Of a DNA stretch of 56,114 nt, positions 25,818 to 38,792 are shown piece after piece. Position 1 is the stretch's first letter. Each line of letters begins with the position of its first letter. The notes beneath the pieces were generated by a model. That model saw nothing but the letters and a program-made list of their open reading frames with translations, was not told the DNA's origin and ran no database searches. Source of the DNA: Octopus sinensis (lineage: Eukaryota); NCBI RefSeq assembly GCF_006345805.1, contig NW_021833805.1:1-56114 (forward strand), read 5' to 3'. The translations under genes were made by a program, and so were the position numbers.

Positions 25818-26480
25818 AGTGATTAAGTCCCTTGAGAATGATTCTGCTAATTTTGTAGCGGAATTGAAAGGAGCTCATATGGCTAATTTGATAAAGAAAT
25901 ATCAGTTCCATATAAAAATAAGACACAAAATGAAAAATATAAGAGAAAATAAATGCTGTAATAAGGGTATTATTTAAAAGTATATTTAAGTATAACATGG
26001 AGACGTTTGCTCAAAGTAGAGTGAAGCTCGTTGTGAAGAACAAGTTGAATGGGACTTCCAGTTTCACTAAACAGCTTGTTCAGCAAGTGAAGGAACTGGA
26101 ATAAAGATTATTTGCCAACATAACATGGCAGTCCTGGTTTAGGACGAATGTTGCTGTAATTAAGCCCCAGGAGACATCGTTTCCAGCTGGCTGTACGACA
26201 CAATCTGTGTCCTTATATTTTCGAACAAGGGAATCTAGCACCCACACTCAGCTCAAGTAGCTTGCTTACCAAATATACATATATATATACATACATACAT
26301 TCGTACATACATACATATAAGTCATGTTCTATGTACTCGTGCTTCGTACTTTTTTCTTGTACACGTTTCATGGCTTTCTGTGCCCACATATGCATATATA
26401 TACGCATATATATACGTATGTATCAGCGTGAGACAGAGTGTGACAAGGCGCGACACAGAGTAAGTAGCTTGCTTACCAAC

Positions 26481-26514
<34 letters not shown>

Positions 26515-26539
26515 CATACACATATATATATGTACCAGA

Positions 26540-26718
26540 GTAAGGACGCAAATGCGAGGCAAGGTGGAAAAAATAATACTTGAGTACCAGAGGTAGAGTA
26601 ATATGCCTTATTAAAAAGCAGCAAAAACTGTTACTAAGAGTTTCACTTTCCGACGAGCGGGAACGTGAAACTCTGAGTAACAGTTTTCGCGATACTTTTG
26701 CTGCTTTTTGATAAAGTA
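26540..26718. mobile_element. Penelope-like pLTR remnant with an inverted junction
   Basis: Inverted arms 26608-26646 and 26665-26714 flank a hammerhead motif. Inverted partial LTRs carrying hammerheads are characteristic of PLEs. Confidence 0.65.
26645..26684 (+). ncRNA. Minimal type I hammerhead ribozyme motif (CCGACGA core variant)
   Basis: Stem I ACUUU/ACAGU (one mismatch); core CCGACGA at 26650-26656; stem II GCG-GGAA-CGU; GAAA; palindromic stem III ACUC-U-GAGU; GUA cleavage triplet at 26677-26679. Confidence 0.7.
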
Positions 26719-26750
26719 TATATATATATATGTATGTATGTATAGGTTTG

Positions 26751-26970
26751 GGTGTTTGTGTTTGCTCCCTCACTATTGCTTAACAACCGATGTTGGCGTG
26801 TTTACGTACCCGTAACTTGGCGGTTTGGCAAAAGAGACCGATAGATTAAGTACTAGGCTTACAAAGAATAAGTCCTGGGGTCGATTTGCTCGACTAAAGG
26901 TGGTGCTCCAGTATGGCCGCAGTCAAATGACTGAAACAAGTAAAAGAGTAAAAGAGTAAAAGAGTAAAAG
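26751..26970 (+). mobile_element. SINE family B 3' half with (gagtaaaa)n tail
   Basis: caaccgatgttggcgtgtttacg...ggcaaaagagaccgatag...gcagtcaaatgactgaaacaagtaaaagagtaaaagag. Confidence 0.9.
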
Positions 26971-27743
26971 TGATGGAAGCTAAACGATAATAGAAGCTGT
27001 CACGCATTACCAGCTTCTTCCAAGCCTTCCCCTCTGGAACGTCTGACCCCTCCGATTCCATATCTACAAACATTTTTCTGGTTTTCATGCAGGTTTTCGA
27101 GATCAACAGCTGATTCCTCCTGAATAAAACGTTAAATATAGCAACAACAAAAAAACGAAAAAAAACAACACAAATAAAAAGTATCAATAACACCAACAAC
27201 AACAACAACAACAATAATTATAATGGTAACGATAGCAACAACGGCAACAACAATGACAGCAGCTAACGCCCGTATCGCACCAGCAACAACAAGAGCAATA
27301 CCGTGAACCAACAGCTGTATCACAACAACGTTATAAACAACAACACTAAGATCAGAGCCACTCACAACAGCACCTACAATAACAACACCACCACCACGAC
27401 CAACAAGAACAAGAACAACAACAACAACAACAACAACAACTACTACTACTACTCACTGACTGACACAAAACACAGCAGTTAATTCGCGGCAGCACCATCA
27501 TCATCATCATCAGAATTACTGACAACCATTATTAAGAGCTAAACCATAAAATTGTTAACCTAACAACAAAAATATAAATACATCATACAAACGCACGCAC
27601 ACAAACACACACACATACACACATACACACACGTACACACATATATAATACACACGCATGTATACGTGCATATATATATATTTAGGTGTAGGTACATACA
27701 TACATACGTACAAATATATATACACATACATACATATATATAT

Positions 27744-27845
<102 letters not shown>

Positions 27846-28498
27846 GTATATATATATATATATATATGTATATATGCAGATATATACATATACATACATG
27901 TAGATAAATGTATCTATATATATATATATGTGTGTATATATACACATATATACATATATGTAGATAAATGTATATATATGTATATGTACACATATTCATG
28001 TACATACATATATATACACACATATATAAATATACACATTCATATACGTACATATAAAAAATGTGTGTATATATATATGTATATATGTACATATATATAC
28101 ACACACCCATATATATATAGTAACAACAGCACCATAAGTACATCGCCTCTGTAGTCACCAATGCGGCTACCAACACCAACAATAACGGTAAAAAAAACAC
28201 CAACAACAAAATAGCAACAACAACAATGCTTGCAACATCAACAACAATAATTTGGGAGAGGGGGGGGGCGGGAAACAACAAAACAAAACAAAAATAAAAA
28301 CACATCTATGTATTAATACACCTGGTGCGTCGATGAAATATATTGGAATCGATACGCCATAGGATAGAGTAAGGAGTGAGAAATGGCGAGTGGCGCGTGT
28401 GGTGGTGTTCATCTTTCATCTTTCAAGGGTAACAGAAATTCGTGAATAAATAAAACCGTAGCCAATATATAATGATTATAAATGTATGTATGTATCTA

Positions 28499-28599
<101 letters not shown>

Positions 28600-29254
28600 A
28601 CAAACATACACACAAACTCGAAACACAATAGATGTATGTTTATATATATACATATATGTTTGTCGTTTCTCCTTTCGGATATCACCCTCTCTTTCTCGAT
28701 CTCTCTATTTCCTACCTTCCCTTCAATTTCTCTCTATAACGACGTTTGACAGCTTCGCCGTCAAAGATATATATATATATATATACGTACTTTTATATAT
28801 ATATAGATACACACACAAACACGCACACACACACACACACACACGCATGCATACACTCACACGCATATATACAGACTTACACAACAATCTATATGAAAAT
28901 ATGTAAATATTTCACAAAAGATCAGTCAATGCGCTGGACTTAATTATTTGTGTCGTGTGAACGACGAAGAGTATGGTGGGGGAGCGTTGATGTATGTTGG
29001 TATGAATAACCTTTGTGTGTGTGTGTGTATGTGCGCGCGTGTGTGCATATGTGTGTGTGTGGTTAAGGTTGGGTGTAATTAATTAGCTATGCCAATCGTC
29101 GAAAATTTATATATACATAAACGTATCCACACACACACATATATATATATATACGTACATATATGCATACATAAATACACTCACACATATATGTATCTAT
29201 ATACGAGTCGATAATATATATATATATATACATATATACATATATACATATATG

Positions 29255-29297
<43 letters not shown>

Positions 29298-29302
<5 letters not shown>

Positions 29303-30071
29303 CATATATGTACATATATATATATTTATATTCATGTGTATAGCATATATTTTCTCAGCTTCAAATCTATATCAATATATTCAGTACATTTGTGTGCACT
29401 CTTTCTTCCACCACCTCTCTCACTGTACGCCTGTTTTTATCTATAGAAAGAAAGCGTTGACAGCCGCAAAAGTCTAAATATTCCCGCCACAGGTCTTTTA
29501 CAAACGGCGAGTTATTATCACCAACCACCCCCGCACAATCATAAAAGATATTATTAATCAGATATATGTTGTTAATTTATATATACGTGTGTGTATATAA
29601 ATACATATATATAAAATGTATATATATATATATATATATACATATATGTGTATATATATAAAGTGTATATATATATGTGTGTGAAGACGTATAATATTGC
29701 GTATATATATACAAATTTAATGCGTATGTATGTATGTATGTATGTATATATATACATACATATATGTACATATATATATTTATATTCATGTGTATAGCAT
29801 ATATTTTCTCAGCTTCAAATCTATATCAATATATTCAGTACATTTGTGTGCACTCTTTCTTCCACCACCTCTCTCACTGTACGCCTGTTTTTATCTATAG
29901 AAAGAAGCGTTGACAGCCGCAAAAGTCTAAATATTCCCGCCACAGGTCTTTTACAAACGGCGAGTTATTATCACCAACCACCCCCGCACAATCATAAAAG
30001 ATATTATTAATCAGATATATGTTGTTAATTTATATATACGTGTGTGTATATAAATACATATATATAAAATG

Positions 30072-30102
<31 letters not shown>

Positions 30103-30210
30103 TATACATATATGTGTATATATATAAAGTGTATATATATATGTGTGAAGACGTATATATATTGCGTATATATATACAAATTTAATGCGTATGTATGTAT
30201 GTATGTATGT
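29298..30210. repeat. Near-identical ~454-bp tandem duplication
   Basis: The unique block ttcatgtgtatagcat...cagatatatgttgtt starts at 29331 and again at 29785. Differences are essentially indels in simple repeats. Confidence 0.95.
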
Positions 30211-30214
30211 ATAT

Positions 30215-30273
<59 letters not shown>

Positions 30274-30379
30274 ATATATTATATATATATATATTGTGTG
30301 CATATGTGTCGGATTCAGTTGATAATATGATGCACACCTATGTTAAAAGTTTTAGCGAGTTTGCAAGGCAACTTTGAGT

Positions 30380-30840
30380 ATGCTCAATTGAAATGCATGG
30401 ACCCTAGGGCAAAATTACTCATCTTTTAAAATGTCGCCGGCGTAGACCAGAAAGAAATCGTGTTATAATACCTCAACAAGTAAAACAATAATAAACTATT
30501 TTAATCCCGAGCAAGGCCGGGTATATATGTCAAATCTATAAAATGAAGAAGGCGAACGTTGATACAAATTGGATTTTTATGTAAAAAGGGTTCTAATTGG
30601 GCTGGAAGGAGATTAAAATGTACAGGAAGGGGTAACTTGAGGTGAGAAATTGATTGGGAGACGCTTCGGGGCGCTACATATGTTGCTTTGGTGCGAAAAC
30701 GGGAATTTTATTGATTTTTGCGGACACTTGGGAGTATAGATTGAACACATTTTGCCCGGTTTCAATCTAATTTTTAACATAGAATAGTTGTAGCGGATTT
30801 GTAATTTAAGCGCGGAAATCTAATTTTATATAACTGGGAG
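30380..30840 (+). mobile_element. Probable non-autonomous Helitron relics (3' end followed by 5' end)
   Basis: cccgagcaaggccggg hairpin at 30506, resembling the 3' end of the 11365-11727 element but without CTAG. It is immediately followed by TCTATAAAATGAAG, which resembles a Helitron 5' end. Confidence 0.4.
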
Positions 30841-30914
30841 AGACATAGATAACGATAGAGAGTAAGGGAAAGCTAGGGAGAGTCCGAGAGGACAGCTAAG
30901 TTATTTTTATCATA

Positions 30915-31175
30915 CCGCTAAGTCATTTTATCGATCTCGTTTTGGGAACCGCTACGTCATTTTATCGATCTCGTTTGGCGAACCGCTACGTCATTTTATC
31001 GATCTCGTCGGCGAACCACTAAGTCATTTTATCGATCCCGTTTGGCGAACCGCTAATGCATTTTATCCATCTCGTTTGGCGAACCGCTAAGTTATTTTAT
31101 CGATATCGTTTGGCGAACCGCTATGCTATATAATCAATATTGCTTGACGAACCACTAGGTTATTTTATCGATATA
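30915..31175. repeat. 34-bp minisatellite, 8 units (ccgctaagtcattttatcgatctcgtttggcgaa)
   Basis: Unit starts at 30915, 30949, 30983, 31016, 31050, 31084, 31118 and 31152. Confidence 0.95.
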
Positions 31176-32180
31176 TGTAATATAATATATTTATATGTAC
31201 ATGTATTTATGCATACATATATGCATAAATATATTAAACATATATTACTATATTATGTTTATGTATATGTGTGTGTGCATGTATATATATATATATATAC
31301 TGCACGCATAACAATACAACAATAGTATTGAATATAATCTTTTCTGCTTGTGTCTGTGTTGTAGTGGTTCGTCTGTATGCGCGCTTATTTCTTTCTTATC
31401 GTGTATGAGAATTTGACTCTTTCTCCGTATTTTCTTTTACCGTATTGACATTATGCAGTCCGTCTAAATACTTCATTATTTACACGAGGTTTTGCTGAGC
31501 ATTTTTACAGGAAAAATAAACTCGATATGACTAATTATGTGTTACATTTATGTCTTTTTATTGATAATTTCTACCTCAAACAAGTTAATTTCATGTCGAA
31601 CACGTTGATATATTTCTTGTCTACAATTTGTTTCGTCCACTCGGTGTAAAAATATTTCTATTTTGAAGTACATTTTTTTCCTGAACAGTTTTATATCTAA
31701 CTTCACGTAACAGATTGCTTCATGCTGCTTGTTGCAGACGGGTTCACCTTTTCATACCACACCTGGGAAGAGATAAAGTTTTCAAGCAGAATTTCTGCAG
31801 TAAAAGATCACGCTTTATTTCCTCTCTATCGTGTATCAGATTTTTTATGTATTCTTTCATTGCACGTACGTAATATTGTTGCCTCAATTTTTTACATTAT
31901 ATACGAATAATCTTGATCATTTTTAGTGAAAAATGCATCGCTAAGACACTATGAGTTAGATATGCGTTTCGTGTATATGTCTTTCAGGAATATTGATAAC
32001 ATAAACGAAATGTAACAGGGTTCTCGAGTTACAGCTGTTCTTTAAAAGTTAAAGTTGTGAACTGCAATACTATCTATCTGGAGGGAAGTTGAATGATCGA
32101 GTGTTTATAGAAATGGTAGCAAAAGTCATCACCTCAGCACAGCTGAGAAAAGACTCTGCCTAAGAGTCACATATATATAT

Positions 32181-32340
32181 AGAAGTGGCTGTGTGATAAG
32201 TAGCTTGCTTACCAACTATATTATTCTGGGTTCAGTATCACTGCGTTGCATCATGGGCAAGTGTTTTCTACTATAGCCTCAGGCCGACCTAAGCCTTGTG
32301 AGTGGATCTGGTAGACGGAAAGTGAAAAAAGCTTGTCGTA
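32181..32340 (+). mobile_element. SINE family B 5' half
   Basis: gtggctgtgtgataagtagcttgcttacc...aagccttgtgagtggat.tggtagacggaaa. Confidence 0.85.
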
Positions 32341-32576
32341 TATATATTATATATATATATATATATACGACCGTTTCATTATTATATGTAAACGCTCACA
32401 CTTATGTATGTCTCTATATAGTTCCCCTCATCTTTCGCCCTTGTGGCAAATAAATGAAATCATCATTATTGTTATTATCTTTCATCATCATCATCATCAT
32501 CATCATCATAATAATAATAATAATAATTATTATTATTATTATCATTATTATTATTATCAATATTATTATTATTATT

Positions 32577-33132
32577 GAGTGAGAGAGCAGTGCATGCCAT
32601 CAAAGTGACACTGGGGTAAAATATACGAAGTCCAGTATACCCATCATGACTACCCGTCTGATATGGGTACACTAGGTACATGCATCATAACCATATGTGT
32701 GCAACATGGTGATCTGATATCAAGATAAACAGCACGTGACCTTGCAGGTGGGGCCCAGTTAGAATTTTCTTCTGGTCGAGTAACCCATCCAGCTCAAAAG
32801 GTCCCTGAATAAGGGTTGTTTAAGGATGTTGAATGAGACACCCATGTTTCCAGCAGTGAATTATTCAACCCCCAAAGAATCCCTCTCAACACATGGCTAT
32901 GATGCTCCCCAACTACTTCTGCTCGTGATCAGAGATGCATATATCGTCAGCCACTAAGGGACATGCTCAACTAGTTAAGGTTAAATAACTGACAAGCAAA
33001 TATGTGGTATTGGGCAGAATATTTGCCGTAGCCCATCTTTTATAACAAGACAAAACAATGTACATGATAACACTTCCAATCAATTAAGATCAGGAGCCAT
33101 GAGAGCCACTGCCTGGTACTGCATCAGGACAT
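32577..33132 (-). mobile_element. Apparently full-length (~556 bp) (AAT)n-embedded element X
   Basis: Bounded by (TAT)n on both sides. The 3' part matches 4401-4723. No ORF or tRNA head seen. Confidence 0.85.
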
Positions 33133-33192
33133 TTATTATTATTATTATTATTATATTATTATTATTATCATTATTATTATTATTATTATTAT

Positions 33193-33398
33193 GGCGAGCT
33201 GGCAGAATCGTTAGCACGCTGGGTGAAATGCTTAGCGGTATTTCGTCTGCCGTTAGGGTTTGAGTTCGAAGTCCGCTCAGGTCGCCTTTGCCTTTCATCC
33301 TTTCGTAGTCGATAAAATTAGTACCAGTTACGTAATCGATGTAATCGACTTAATCCCTTCCCCAAAAATTTGAGGCCTTGTGCTTCCAGTAGAAAGGA
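33193..33398 (+). mobile_element. SINE family A embedded in (TAT)n
   Basis: ggcgagctggcagaatcgttagcacgctgggtgaaatgcttagcggtatttcg...ggccttgtgc. Confidence 0.92.
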
Positions 33399-33413
33399 TT
33401 ATTATTATTATTA

Positions 33414-33459
<46 letters not shown>

Positions 33460-33541
33460 CATTATTATTATTATTATCATTATTATCATTATTATTATTA
33501 TTTTTATTTTTTATTTTTATTACTATTACTATTATTATTAC

Positions 33542-33592
<51 letters not shown>

Positions 33593-33678
33593 TATTATTA
33601 TTACTATTATTATTATATTATTATAATTATTTTATTATTAGTATTATTATTATTATTATTATTATATTATTATTATTA

Positions 33679-33709
<31 letters not shown>

Positions 33710-33742
33710 CATTATTATATTATATTATTATTATTATTATTA
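33399..33742. repeat. Long imperfect (TAT)n microsatellite
   Basis: About 340 bp of TAT/CAT/TAC triplets. Confidence 0.97.
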
Positions 33743-33999
33743 TAGTTTACACGAAGCATTGTATAATATAAAGTAAAATTTTTTGTGTCTTCGAAAAGCC
33801 CAAACAAGGCGTGTTGTAGGAAATATAAATAAATTAATGGTTTGCACTTTTGTTCTATATTTCGATATTTCGATATTTCGGGATAGAAATACTCCCCAGG
33901 AAAAAGAAAGAGAAATTAGACATTTGGTTGTTGCAAGCCACCTTTTCTGTTTTGTTGTGTGTGGACGTGTGTATGTGTGTGTGTGTGTGTGTGTTTGTG

Positions 34000-34038
<39 letters not shown>

Positions 34039-34924
34039 ATATGTGTGTGTGTATGTGTACGAGACACACACAGGGGATAGCATTGCTTTTTTTTAATTCT
34101 GTGATACTTTCCTATTGAGAAAAGAACGATCTCTAGTAGAGACCGTGAAACTCCATTACAGTAAATTAAATAACAGCAACGGCAGAAAACTCTATTTCGT
34201 GTATTTAGAAAAGTCTTGCATATCATTACTCTTCCACTTATTAATTAAACCTGGAAATTGTCTTAAGTGGCCAATTGTTTTATCTGAAAGATTAGAAGTT
34301 CCAGATTAGTTCTCTGACATTGACTAATGTACTAAATTACACAATAACCATAGACTATTTCTGTTTTCGGACATCAGTTTACAGATACAGTCGCTTTTAA
34401 GACATTAGACTATGATTTGAAAGGAATTTAGCAGCTATTTCTAGTTGGTCAAGCGATCGGTGAGAAGCTATATGGTTCCTTCAAAGTTGCTGATTTTGGT
34501 GATGGCGGTGGTGGCGTTGGCAATGTTTGTAGCTTTGACGATGGTGAAGGTAGTGATGTGAATAATGGTTATATTGCTTGTGTTGCAGTGATACTACACT
34601 TACTGTTGGTGGTGTTGTTGGCAGTGGTGAAGATGCAGTGGTTGCTGATGGGAGTGATGGTGGTGCTGGTACTACGGCGGTGCAGGCATCTCTCTTTTAG
34701 CGGTGGTGGTGGCGCTAGTGGTGGTGGTGTAGTGATATGAAATATCTCTGTTGCTGGTGGACCTGGCAGGAGAAGCTGTAGTAGATATCGTGTGAGTGTA
34801 TTATACTGTGTACTTCTGTACTTTTTTGTTTTTTATGCTTGTGTCGATATATGTATACACACACATATATATATATATATATGAGTGTGTGTGTGTGTGT
34901 GTGTGTGTTTGTGTATACTTATGC

Positions 34925-34962
<38 letters not shown>

Positions 34963-35228
34963 GTATATAAATTTATGTATCTATATATGTGTGTGTATAT
35001 ACATATAAATAAATAAATATATATACACATACAGATAAGCATATAAACGTGTGCATATGTACATATATATATATACACACACATATAAAGAGATAACTAT
35101 ATAAATGTGTGTGCATATGTGTGTATATATATATATACACACATACATACATATAAATTGATATCTATATCAATGTGTGTGTGTATATATATAAATATAC
35201 ATTCATATAAATAGTATCTATATAAATG

Positions 35229-35276
<48 letters not shown>

Positions 35277-35530
35277 CATACAAGCATATCTATATATATA
35301 GACACACACACATACACAGAGGCATCTTTCCTCTTTGTATTTCTGGGAGTGTCTTGCGCGTGTATGTATGTGTATGTGTGTATATGTGTGTGCTTGTAGG
35401 TGTGTGTGTTTGCGCGTAAATGAATGTGTAGAATGTGGAATTGCGTGCATTTGTGCATGGTTCGCCGCCTCTCAGTATCTATCGATGCATGACTGCAGGC
35501 ATTCATTCAGCTTCTTACATATATATATAC

Positions 35531-35576
<46 letters not shown>

Positions 35577-35853
35577 ATATATATATATATAAATGAATGA
35601 ACGATCGGACTCAGATACGTATCAGCTCGAGTAAGTATATATATATACGCTTTTGTACGTGTGTATATGTATGTACCTAGTTTTAGTAGATGTGTGGGCG
35701 TGTGCTTTTATGCATCGTTACACATTTTCACTGAGAAAGGTCTTTTTTTTATTTACTAATGAATGCGTTGGAGCAGATGCGTGTTTCTGAATTTATCATT
35801 TGGTTCTATGCCTGTTGCTTATTGTTCAGTATCTTTTATTGTTATTGTTGTTA

Positions 35854-35896
<43 letters not shown>

Positions 35897-36057
35897 CATT
35901 ATTATTATAAACAAAAGAAGCATCGAATGGCCATACAAAATGCCCTGTGATATTCTGTTAAGTTCCTGTACCGTTCTGATGTTCCATTCCTGCCGGAATC
36001 AGCTTCCTTTCATCTTTTCAGAGATGATGAATGAAGTACCAGTCAAGTAGCGGTAGG

Positions 36058-36385
36058 GTCGATAGAACCCGTTGGTCCCTCTCTCGAAAATATATGGACT
36101 TGATGTCAATAGAATCCGTTGCGCTTTCCTTCGAAAATGAATTGACTTGAGGTCGATAGAATTCTCCGTTCTGTCTTTCGAAAACGTAGAGGATTAGGAT
36201 CGATGAAAAGCGTTACACATCCTCCCGAAATTCTATGGACTAGAATTCGAAATAATCCGCTACGCTCTTTCCCCAAAATGCATCGCCTTGGAATTGGTAG
36301 AAGCTGTTGCCCCTCTATCAAAATATATGGGTTTTGGGGCCAATGTTATCAGTTGATGCTTCCTTCGAAAATTACGGGTTGCTCA
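36058..36385 (+). repeat. Degenerate 47-bp tandem array, ~7 units
   Basis: gtcgatagaa...cgaaaat...gact unit starts near 36058, 36105, 36152, 36198, 36245 and 36293. Confidence 0.7.
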
Positions 36386-36404
36386 TTTCCTTGAAAATGT
36401 ATGG

Positions 36405-36626
36405 CATCGAAGGAGAGGAGCTTTCTCCGTCCGGGTTGCGGATCCGTGGAACAAGCTGCCAGACGAGATGGTGAAGATGCCATCGACCGCTTTGTTCAAA
36501 GCCTCCCTGGACCTCAAGTGGCCTGAACTCTTTACATGAACACCACCCTGTACTTAACTCCATGTCCCCCTACATGGCCTTGCTATTTGCTTTTGAGCCA
36601 AATTAACTAACTAACTAACTAACTAA
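36405..36626 (+). mobile_element. CR1-clade LINE 3' end with (TAAC)n tail
   Basis: 36408-36539 reads RRRGAFSVRVADPWNKLPDEMVKMPSTALFKASLDLKWPELFT*, matching the CR1 terminal FSxRVxxxWNxLP...FKxxLD pattern. Tail aactaactaac at ~36604-36626. Confidence 0.9.
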
Positions 36627-37464
36627 ATAACATATATATATATATATATATGCATATCTTTGGAAGGAAAAGCTAAATACATCGCCGTTATATCTTCGGG
36701 TGCTTTATAATCTAAGTTCAAATCATATCGAAGTCGTCTTTCTTAGATTCGATAAAATAAATAAATTTCTATATTTCTGACTTTGTACCCAAGTTAGAAA
36801 TCGTCGTGCCATTGTTGTTATTACAATCATTGACGAAATGTGTCGTCGCTCGCTCCAAATATTTGGATATTTACCAAATTCTTTTGTTGTGGGTATGCGC
36901 AAAACTTTACATTGGGCCTAAATTTTGCCATTCTTTCGAGAAATATATGCAAATCTATACAAATAACCATATCTCAAATTCTTTCTACTAACAAAATCCA
37001 TTTTCATCTTGAAAACCTTGTATGCTCACATTCCTAGTTATAAAACATGTGTGCTCGTGCATATACGCACATCTTAAAGGAAGCATTGATTATACTCTTC
37101 AGAAGTGATGAATAAGCATCAGCCTTGGGAGCTGACTGGCGAAAATGTTTAAAATGTCAGCTGAGATGCTTTTCCGTATATGCTCGGTCTTTTTGCATAA
37201 CACGTTCAAACTTCACCATGGTTTACTTGGATAGTAAATTTAAACTGTCGCCTGCTCTGTTATTATCATCCGGCATCATAGATATCTTTGGCAGATGGGG
37301 GTTCTCTCTTGAAAGCATTCCAGTTAGGTCTCCGGTCTGACAATACCTTCTTCTTATTAATCTCCGAGGTCCTGCAAAGGGCCAGAAGCACTGCTCATCA
37401 TTCTTGACTAAAAGATAACGAAGCAAATGAAATTTTTTTCGCTTTTAATATTTGGGTTGATTTA

Positions 37465-38105
37465 GGCTGCGAGCTGGCTGAATCGTTAGCACGCCGAACG
37501 AAATCCTTAGCGACATTTCGCCCGTCCCTACGTTCTGAGTTCAAATTCCGCCGAGGTCGGCTTTGCCTTTCATCCTTCCGGGGTCGATTATATAAGTACC
37601 GGTTACGCACTGGGGTCGATGTAATCCACTTAATTCCTTTGTCTGTGCTTGTTTGCCCCCTCTATGTTTATACCCCCTGTGGGCAATAAATAAATACATG
37701 GGTTGAATTAAAGGCGGCAAGCTGGTAGAATCGTTAGTACGCCGGGCGAAATGTTTATCGGTATTTCGTCTTTATGTTCTGAGTTCAAATTCCGCCGAGG
37801 TCGACTTTGCCTTTCATCCTTTCGAGGCTCGATAAATTAAGTACTAATTGCGTACTGAGGTCGATCTAATCGACTGGCACCATCCCCAACAATTTCGGAC
37901 CTAGGCGGCGAGCTGGCTAAATTTTTAGCACACGAGGTCAAATGTTAAGCTGCATTTCGCCTGTATTTACGTTCTGAGTTCAAATTCCGCATAGGTCGCC
38001 TTTACTTTTCATCGTTTCTGGGTCTATAAAATCTTTTATGGGGTCGATGTAATCAACTTACTCCCCCTCCCGAAATTGTTGGCCTTGTACCAAAATTCGA
38101 ACTAA
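37465..38105 (+). mobile_element. Cluster of three to four SINE family A copies in the same orientation
   Basis: Heads near 37465, 37712 and 37903, each with gttctgagttcaaattccgc. Confidence 0.9.
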
Positions 38106-38792
38106 TATTTGGGTCTATTTCACAAGTAAAGACCTTCTCACATTTTGATGTCGACTTTCTATGTTTCTTCAGATATTTTCGTTCATATTTTGGTGTTGCT
38201 AATTTTATAAACATAACTACTTTTATGAAAATGGCAAAACACTCAAAAACAAACGAACAAGACATCAATGTTCACAAAAGGAAAATAAAATATCAAGGAA
38301 ACCATAAAAAAAAAGCAAAACAAAAATGGGAACTTAGTATACGCAGATATTCAGAATGAGTAAAAGGGAAGGAAAACGACCTTTAACAGAAAACAATAAC
38401 ATTGTTCAGGACATTAAAAAATTATGGTACACAACAACAACAACAACAACAACAGAAACATCAACTACTGCGGCAACAATAGCACTTGTTCATATACGCA
38501 TAGATTGCCAAGCAGAAGCGCAGAAAAAAATATGAAGGATATTTTAACAAAAGACTGTTGTGTTGTAAACAATAATTCTTTGAGAATAGTAGCAATAACA
38601 AAGACAATAAAAATAACAAAGCCAACAAAGACAACTCTTTCGTGTGCTCTGTCTGACGTACATGCGCACGTATCTTCAAAGGAAAGCGTTTCTAATCCTG
38701 CTCTTACTCCGACCTTTGCAAAAGTGCTTTTAACCATATGAGCTCTAGATATGGATTATTTAAGAAAGGGAATAAAATGGTGACATTGTATT

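Noticed and set aside
30915-31175. CRISPR-like regular repeats
   Set aside because: The units are contiguous with no unique spacers, the context is eukaryotic, and there are no cas genes.
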